Shown in pieces: positions 26,174 to 32,000 of a stretch of 32,000 nt of DNA. This DNA comes from Allobaculum fili (GTDB lineage Bacteria > Bacillota_I > Bacilli_A > Erysipelotrichales > Erysipelotrichaceae), in contig NZ_JAHDSX010000015.1 in NCBI RefSeq assembly GCF_020969955.1, positions 1 through 32,000 on the forward strand, read 5' to 3'. The notes beneath the pieces are model-generated. The model was not told the DNA's origin. It did no database searches and saw only the letters and a list, made by a program, of their open reading frames with translations. Position numbers and translations under genes: made by a program. The number at the start of each line of letters is the position of its first letter. The first letter of the stretch is position 1.

Positions 26174-26986
26174 TCAGCACGAAGCAAGCGCGCTGCCTTT
26201 TGAAACCGCCGGCTTTACGCTCTCCGAGGGGCATTCGGCTTTTTTGTCCGAAGCGGCTTTCTGGCTTTCTTCAAGCAGTTCATCGATCGTACGCACGTCA
26301 TCAAAGAGCATGCGGCAGGGACGGCCGTCGGTAAACGTCAGCAGATCCTTGTGGTAATGGCCGCAAAGCCAGATTTTGTAGTCTGTCTTCTTACGGATTT
26401 CTTCCAGGAATTCGAGCTGCTGAACCTGATCGGCTTCATAGCGTTCGAGCTCGAGTTCATACGTATTGGCTAAAGGATGGGAGGCGTACACGTCATGCGA
26501 AAGAATCACATCCGCCTTCCAGCCGGCTTTGGCCAGGTTGTCGAGCGCGTGCTGCGCTTCTTCCTGATTCATGATTTCCTGCTTCCACCAGTTCACGCCT
26601 TCGCTGCGAAAGGCATGATCGTGGCTGTAGCCGCCGCCTAAGGCGAGCCAGGTCTTATTGTCAAAATGATAAATTTCGCCGCGCATCAGATGGATCACAT
26701 TTGAACGGATGCGGTGGATTTTTCCGCCGTTCCACTCCTCCTGCGGGTAGGCATTGAGAATACTGAAATTTTCGTGATTGCCGTCGATGAACAGAGTTGT
26801 CCAGGGCAGAGATTCCAGCCAGTTAAGCCAGAAGTTGTCATTGGACGCCCCGTCCCAGACGCATCCGAAATCGCCGCAGACGATGAGATAATCCCCCGCC
26901 TGCATTTTCTGGGCGACTTCCGATTCTCTCGGATTGATTTTCCGGATATCGAAGGCTCCATGCAGATCGCTTGTTACATAAACCAT
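26174..26986 (-). CDS. Calcineurin-like metallophosphoesterase
   Basis: Motif series SDLHG, CGDFG, GNHE, SHD, GHYH. Start set to ATG 26986 (MVYVTSDLHG). The ORF-track extension to 27148 looks spurious. Confidence 0.85.
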   Translation of the reverse strand: MVYVTSDLHGAFDIRKINPRESEVAQKMQAGDYLIVCGDFGCVWDGASNDNFWLNWLESLPWTTLFIDGNHENFSILNAYPQEEWNGGKIHRIRSNVIHLMRGEIYHFDNKTWLALGGGYSHDHAFRSEGVNWWKQEIMNQEEAQHALDNLAKAGWKADVILSHDVYASHPLANTYELELERYEADQVQQLEFLEEIRKKTDYKIWLCGHYHKDLLTFTDGRPCRMLFDDVRTIDELLEESQKAASDKKAECPSESVKPAVSKGSALASC

Positions 26987-27441
26987 GATTCTTTTCGCAC
27001 TCCATCTCTCCAAAAAGTGAAGATCGATATAACGATAGCGAAAAAAAAGCGAATGTCCCCCTTTTTTACACATTTTGCACAAAATTCTCATGTAAGCACT
27101 TACCATTCTTGACAATCGGCGCGCGTTGCTTTCGGTAAGCGCTGTCATTCAGAAGACTGAATTTTGTTATTCCGATCCGATTTGCGCATCAGGAATGTCG
27201 GATTCTGAACGTAAACTCGAACGGCCGCAGCCGGTACGCCGTTCCATCCAGATCCTTTAAGAGACGGCTTGGACCGCCAGGCGTATGATAAACAAATTCT
27301 GCCCCTGTCTTGGTGAGAGACCATTCGATAGGAAAAGCCCCGAAAACCGTCGGGCGTTCGGAGCTTCGTTCGATCGATTGGGTATGGGTTTTTGAACCGA
27401 ATGGATTCTGCTGAAACGACAGGCGTTTTTCTGAATCCGGA

Positions 27442-28347
27442 TTATGCGTTTTCTTCGGCTTTGGAGAACGCCAGATAGGCTGCACCGATCAGGCCGGAGT
27501 CTTCGGAAAGGGTTGTTGTACGCACGTCTACGTAAGGAACAACCGGTCCGTGAACTTTTTTCTTCACGCGGTCTTCGACGTCTTTCGTGAAGCCTTTGAT
27601 CTTGGTTGCAACCGAACCGCCGAGGATGACGATTTCCGGGTCGGTGACGGCGATCAGGCAGGCGATCATGTTGGCCAGGTAATCCTTGGTGTCTTCCATG
27701 ATTTCCTGAGCGACTGGATTTCCGGCAACGGCGAGATCGTTGACTTCGCCGGCGTGTTTCACTTCGAGGTTGGCTTTCTGGGCACGAGTTGTAATCGCGG
27801 TACCAGAGCAGATGGCTTCGACTGCACCGTTGAGCAGACGTCCGTGCTGCGGACCGTCTTTCCAGAGAATGCAGTTGGCGATTTCATGGGCGAAACCATG
27901 TGCGCCGTCGTAAATTTTCTTATCGATGATCTGGCCGGATCCGACGCCCGTCGAAATGGTCAGATACTGAACGTAGCGTTTGTCCTTGCCTTCGCCGACA
28001 ACCGCTTCCGCCAGTGCGGCCAGGTTGGCGTCATTTTCCAGATAGACCGGAAGGCCAGTGGCTTCAGAAATGGTCTGCGGAATCGGGAATCCCCACCACG
28101 CCTGACCAAGGTTTGGCGTCGTAAGGATGCATCCGTTTTTCAGATCGAGCGGTCCTGGGCAGGAAATGCCGACACCGACAATGTCCTTGCCAAAGCCTTT
28201 AATGGTTTCTGCAATTTTGGAAAAGGTTTCGTTTGGATCTTCCGTATTCGTACGGAACTGGACGCGTTCCACAAGGTTGAGGTTTTCGTCCACAAGAGCA
28301 ACACGCGCATTGGTGCCGCCGATATCAATGCCTACAGCATATTTCAT
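27442..28347 (-). CDS. ROK-family sugar kinase (glucokinase-like)
   Basis: 301 aa. VGIDIGGTNARVALVD, LENDANLAALAE, ISTGVGSGQII.....GAHGFAHEI. GGAGGG SD. Confidence 0.88.
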   Translation of the reverse strand: MKYAVGIDIGGTNARVALVDENLNLVERVQFRTNTEDPNETFSKIAETIKGFGKDIVGVGISCPGPLDLKNGCILTTPNLGQAWWGFPIPQTISEATGLPVYLENDANLAALAEAVVGEGKDKRYVQYLTISTGVGSGQIIDKKIYDGAHGFAHEIANCILWKDGPQHGRLLNGAVEAICSGTAITTRAQKANLEVKHAGEVNDLAVAGNPVAQEIMEDTKDYLANMIACLIAVTDPEIVILGGSVATKIKGFTKDVEDRVKKKVHGPVVPYVDVRTTTLSEDSGLIGAAYLAFSKAEENA

Positions 28348-28405
28348 AAAATGTCCCTCCTTGGGCTGACTATGATCAGTTTAACATAGCCAGACGAGCC
28401 GGGAA

Positions 28406-28840
28406 TTAAATTCGGCGAACGCCGGACGTACATTGTGCTGCGGGAAGAGAGAGCGTTCCCGGCATTTCGTCGCGCTGGGATTCGCGGTTTCCCTGCGGAA
28501 TGAGCGCGGTGATTTCGTCGTCATCGTAGCCGACGACCATTGTGCGTTCCGAAAGCATGATCGGCCGCTTTAAAATGGACGGATTGCGCTGAATGAGCAC
28601 GATCAGCTCGCGAACCGTGTAATCGTTAATGTCTTTTTTCAAAGATTGAAAAGCCTTGGAACGGGTCGAGATAATATCCGTCGTACCGTTTTCACACCGT
28701 GAAAGAAGATATTTGATTTCGGATTCGAGCATTAAGTTGGAAAAGATGTTTTTTTCCAGATAGGAAATGTGATTTTCTGTTAGCCAGCGTTTTGCTTTCC
28801 GGCAGCTGGCGCAGCCAGGGGATGTATAGACAATGACCAT
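28406..28840 (-). CDS. spx: Spx/ArsC-family global transcriptional regulator
   Basis: 144 aa. N-terminal CxxC redox switch (YTSPGCASCRKAKRWL), ILKRPIM....VVGYDDDEI. GAGG SD. Only 58 nt, with no terminator, lie before the downstream ROK kinase gene. Confidence 0.9.
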   Translation of the reverse strand: MVIVYTSPGCASCRKAKRWLTENHISYLEKNIFSNLMLESEIKYLLSRCENGTTDIISTRSKAFQSLKKDINDYTVRELIVLIQRNPSILKRPIMLSERTMVVGYDDDEITALIPQGNRESQRDEMPGTLSLPAAQCTSGVRRI

Positions 28841-29012
28841 AAGAACCTCGCTTTTTTGATCTGGTGTTCACCTGCATGCGCTGGCTTTTCCCTTGATCAA
28901 ATTTACATGTTAATGGTAACACCATAATCCGTACATGTTTGGGAATGTGACTAAATAAGATTAGAGAATACATCTATTTCTATTTTCGTGCCATTCAGAG
29001 GCTTTTCTGCTC

Positions 29013-29042
29013 AAAAACGAAAAAGGCAGGAACTTCCTGCCT
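29013..29042 (-). terminator. Intrinsic terminator after yloV
   Basis: Minus RNA AGGCAGG-AAGUU-CCUGCCU followed by UUUUCGUUUUUG. Confidence 0.7.
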
Positions 29043-29149
29043 CTTTGTGTTTTCTTCGATTGGTATCGCTCCTTTTGACGGTTCGAAAATGCAGAAATTT
29101 TATTTTCTGTGAATTTCAAATCCAATCGATGCGAGCGGTTTATAAACCG

Positions 29150-30796
29150 TTACTCTACGCCGATGATGAAGGAGTAGACCGGCTGCCTGCCGCTGTAGAC
29201 TTCTACTTCCGCGTCGCTGTGATCGGTAATGAACGCAGCCAGCTCATCAGCCTGTTCTTTCGTGGCGTCTTCGCCGTAAATCAGCGTAACGAGTTCGCTG
29301 TCGTCGGCGAGCATTTTGGATAGGAGCGCCTTGGCGGTATCCATTTCGTTTTCATTGGCTTCCACGATGGCCTTGCCTAAAATCGCCATGTACTGACCGG
29401 CTTTGATCGGCAGACCTTCGTACGTCGTATCCTTGATGGCGTAGGTGACTTCGCCGGATTTCACGTGCGCGATGGCTTCGTTCATATCGGACAGGTTGTC
29501 TTCCAGATCCGCTTCCGGGTTGAACATGACGCAGGCGGAAAGGCCCTGCGGGATCGTTTTGGCCGGAAGAACATGAACGTCACGGTCTTCGAGAACATCC
29601 CCGGCCTGCTGAGCGGCCATGACGATATTGGAGTTGTTCGGGAAAATCAGAACGTGATCGCAGTTGAGTTCTTCGATGGCGCTGATGAAGTCTTCCGTGG
29701 ACGGGTTCATCGTCTGTCCGCCGGAGATGACTTTATCCACGCGCAGATCCTTGAACATATCGCGGATGCCGTCACCGGCAGCGACAGCGATCAGACCGTA
29801 CTTTTTATGCTCCGCCTGTTTTTTCGGCGCAGCGGTATGGGTCTGCTCGTTTTCCTGATCGAGAATTTCTTCGTGCTGATCGGTCATGTTTTCGACTTTC
29901 AGCTTCACAAAGCGTCCCTGGCGGCGGCCCATTTTCACAGCCACTTCCGGGGTCAGGGTATGTACGTGAACTTTGACAATGTCTTCGTCCTGTACGCAGA
30001 CGATCGAGTTGCCGATGGTGGACAGCTCATCGCGGAATTTTTCTTCCGAGAAGTTGCGCATGCCGCGATCGGACAGCTGAAGAATGAATTCGGTACAGAA
30101 TCCGTATTCGCCTTCACCCTCGATCTTGGTCTGGCTGGCTTCCGAAGACGATCCAGTCGACTGTTCGGCTTCGACCGGCTTGCCTTCCATAGCAAGAAGC
30201 ATACCTTCAAAAATCGCCAGAAGACCGGCACCGCCGGAGTCAACGACACCGACTTCCTTTAAGACAGGGAGCAGGTCAGGTGTAGTATCCAGAGAAATTT
30301 TCGCCTCTTCGACCATTTTGCGCATGACATCGACACAGTCGGTGATGCCTTCGGTCGCGGTATAGGCGTACGTATAGTCGGCAGCTTCGCGAACGACGGT
30401 CAGAATGGTTCCTTCGACCGGACGCATAACGGCTTTGTAGGCGACACGGCTTCCGTTCACCAGAGCCTGCGCGAGCTGCATGGCATCGATTTCATCGAGA
30501 TCTTCTACGGCCTGATAAATGCCGCGGAAAATCTGAGAAGTAATAACGCCGGAGTTTCCGCGTGCGCCCATGAGCAGGCCGCGGGAGAGCACTTTGGCGA
30601 TCGCGCCGACACCTTTGGCATCGGATTTGAGAGCTTCCTTAACTCCGTTTGAAAAAGTGAGATACATATTGGTTCCGGTATCGCCGTCCGGAACCGGGAA
30701 TACGTTCAGCGCATCAATTCTGGCCTGGTTGTTGCCCAGATTGTTCATGCCCGAACGCAGCATTTCCCGAAAGAGTTTGCCGTCAATAAATTCCAT
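29150..30796 (-). CDS. yloV: DAK2-domain fusion protein (YloV family)
   Basis: 548 aa. N-terminal DAK2 domain (DALNVFPVPDGDTGTNM, ARGNSGVI) plus a C-terminal DegV/FakA-like half. Lies immediately downstream of an Asp23-family gene, as in B. subtilis yloU-yloV. Confidence 0.9.
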   Translation of the reverse strand: MEFIDGKLFREMLRSGMNNLGNNQARIDALNVFPVPDGDTGTNMYLTFSNGVKEALKSDAKGVGAIAKVLSRGLLMGARGNSGVITSQIFRGIYQAVEDLDEIDAMQLAQALVNGSRVAYKAVMRPVEGTILTVVREAADYTYAYTATEGITDCVDVMRKMVEEAKISLDTTPDLLPVLKEVGVVDSGGAGLLAIFEGMLLAMEGKPVEAEQSTGSSSEASQTKIEGEGEYGFCTEFILQLSDRGMRNFSEEKFRDELSTIGNSIVCVQDEDIVKVHVHTLTPEVAVKMGRRQGRFVKLKVENMTDQHEEILDQENEQTHTAAPKKQAEHKKYGLIAVAAGDGIRDMFKDLRVDKVISGGQTMNPSTEDFISAIEELNCDHVLIFPNNSNIVMAAQQAGDVLEDRDVHVLPAKTIPQGLSACVMFNPEADLEDNLSDMNEAIAHVKSGEVTYAIKDTTYEGLPIKAGQYMAILGKAIVEANENEMDTAKALLSKMLADDSELVTLIYGEDATKEQADELAAFITDHSDAEVEVYSGRQPVYSFIIGVE

Positions 30797-30811
30797 TGTT
30801 CTAAAGGCTCC

Positions 30812-31171
30812 TTACTTAATTGCTTTCACGCCCTGAACAAAGATATTGACTGCTTCAACTTTAACTTCCAGGGTTTTTTCCAGTACGTAGCGCACGCGCT
30901 GCTGCGCAGCAAGCATCACTTCGGAAAGCTTGATGCCCTGCATGGCGATGACATAGATATCGAGAATCAGAGAATTTCCATCCTGACGCACGATGACGCC
31001 GCGGGAGTAGTTGTCCCGTTTGAGCAACTCAGCCCAGCCGTCCTTAAGCAGCTTCTGGCTGGCCATGCCAATAATTCCGTAGCATTCATTGATCGTACCG
31101 CCCACGAGATTGGCGATGGCGTCGAGAGAAATTTCAATCTCTCCGTATTCTGTAGATTTATGAATCGGCAT
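30812..31171 (-). CDS. yloU: Asp23/Gls24-family (alkaline shock/envelope stress) protein
   Basis: ATG 31171 with a GGAGG SD 7 nt upstream. GEIEISLDAIANLVGGTINECYGIIGMAS...V.V.V.GVK is typical of Asp23 proteins. Confidence 0.88.
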   Translation of the reverse strand: MPIHKSTEYGEIEISLDAIANLVGGTINECYGIIGMASQKLLKDGWAELLKRDNYSRGVIVRQDGNSLILDIYVIAMQGIKLSEVMLAAQQRVRYVLEKTLEVKVEAVNIFVQGVKAIK

Positions 31172-31196
31172 AGTTTTGCCTCCTGTTTTCCATGTG

Positions 31197-31221
31197 AAAA
31201 AGCGGTGCATGCTGCACCGCT
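31197..31221 (-). terminator. Terminator-like hairpin between the 31300+ gene and yloU
   Basis: Perfect 9-bp stem agcggtgca / tgcaccgct. In minus orientation it is followed by UUUUUC. It ends 26 nt upstream of the yloU ATG. Confidence 0.55.
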
Positions 31222-31224
31222 GTC

Positions 31225-31230
31225 ATTATA
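31225..31230 (-). promoter_or_regulatory. Candidate -10 hexamer (perfect TATAAT) for yloU-yloV
   Basis: Minus strand TATAAT, 3 nt upstream of the hairpin above. The upstream region is AT-rich (TTTTAT at the -35 position). Confidence 0.4.
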
Positions 31231-31299
31231 TCGACTTTTCATTGGAAATAAAAATCCTACAGACCGGCGAAGAAAACCGCTGGACCGTCATTTTTGACA

Positions 31300-32000
31300 T
31301 CAGATCGGATAGAACGTATCCGAAGCGGCGTCATACGTGTAAACCGTTCCCGAGTCCATCGCACGGAAAAGATTCGTAGACGGCGAATACTGAATGTTAT
31401 CGACCGCGCTCGGCTCCCAGTCATTGATCGCTGCAACGTTCACCTGCATCGTGCCGTTTGGCGTCTGAATGGTCTGAATGCCGCTGTACAGTTCCGGAAC
31501 ATACGGATAGGTATACACCGAATCTTCGGAGCTGGCCTGGCTGTCCCTGTTTTCGGAATCTTCTTTTTTGTCGTCTTCGGACTTCTTTTGAGAATCCTTG
31601 TTTTCGTCTTTTTTGTCGTCCTCCTTGCTGGACTGGCTGGAGGAATAATTCGGGTCGATTACGCTCTTTGGAATTTCGCGGTTTCCGGCGCGTTCTTCCG
31701 GAGAGAGGTACAGGTACGAACAGGAAACTTTATTTACGACGGAGTTTTCCCCATCGAGAATGAGGCAGACCTGTTCGCCCTGCAAATGTTCAAGGACCTG
31801 ATTGTACGTCGTCATCATGAACAGAGAAGGAAGGGCGGTAAAAACGGTATTGCCGTCCTTGAGCACGAGCTTCAGCATGTTTTTGTCATACGTCTCGGCC
31901 CAGGGCTGAATTTCCGCGATCCGGTCAAACACCTGGCGGGTGAGCTGCTTCGGATACTTTCGCACCTGCTCGCAAAGCGATTCAATCGTCTCGTCGCTTA
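31300..32000 (-). CDS. Hypothetical protein, N-terminus outside the window, with an acidic Ser/Asp/Lys low-complexity linker
   Basis: The frame stays open to the right edge. The codon the ORF track marks as M at 31965 is an internal GTG, and upstream in-frame codons read ...SDETIESLCEQ. The linker reads SSSQSSKEDDKKDENKDSQKKSEDDKKEDSENRDSQASSEDS. Confidence 0.6.
   Translation of the reverse strand, partial: SDETIESLCEQVRKYPKQLTRQVFDRIAEIQPWAETYDKNMLKLVLKDGNTVFTALPSLFMMTTYNQVLEHLQGEQVCLILDGENSVVNKVSCSYLYLSPEERAGNREIPKSVIDPNYSSSQSSKEDDKKDENKDSQKKSEDDKKEDSENRDSQASSEDSVYTYPYVPELYSGIQTIQTPNGTMQVNVAAINDWEPSAVDNIQYSPSTNLFRAMDSGTVYTYDAASDTFYPI

Noticed and set aside
27189-27485. 98-aa minus-strand ORF spanning the ROK kinase 3' end and the downstream spacer
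   Set aside because: Its start lies inside the ROK CDS in another frame with no SD. It has no internal Met and matches no recognisable family. It is probably a chance ORF, though a decayed gene remnant cannot be excluded.
1-32000. Scan for CRISPR arrays, IS elements, transposases or integrases, prophage genes, tRNA/rRNA genes and large direct or inverted repeats
   Set aside because: I saw none by eye on either strand. The only repeats found are the intragenic modules at 21563-22102 and short regulatory palindromes. This negative result should be confirmed with tRNAscan-SE, Infernal and ISfinder-type searches.

Overview
This window looks like chromosomal DNA from a Bacillota (Clostridia-like) organism. 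The clues are strong GGAGG-type Shine-Dalgarno (SD) sites, a T-box leader, hisZ with a short-form hisG, spx and yloU-yloV synteny. Most of it is core metabolism. It contains a ten-gene histidine operon, hisZGDCBHAFIE (5.1-12.6 kb, minus strand), tightly translationally coupled and controlled by a His-specific T-box. It also contains the oxidative TCA branch (aconitase, citrate synthase, NADP-isocitrate dehydrogenase), plus htrA, ldh, a ROK sugar kinase, spx and yloU-yloV. An OmpR-type two-component pair sits at the left end. I saw no CRISPR array, transposase, integrase, tRNA or rRNA. I cannot point to a clearly defined novel multi-gene system. The best leads are: (1) a 668-aa protein with a histone-H1-like Lys/Ala/Pro N-terminus, three internal repeat modules and an unassignable C-terminal domain, followed by two small orphan genes; (2) an ORF-poor 0.8-kb spacer between the aconitase gene and the his promoter that carries four intrinsic terminators, all in the same orientation; (3) a 4-nt-overlapping two-gene cassette with weak RelE/ParE-like and Phd/YefM-like features in reversed order, next to a stand-alone metallophosphoesterase; (4) twin palindromic sites bracketing the citrate synthase promoter. 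All family assignments come from reading motifs by eye. No database search was run.
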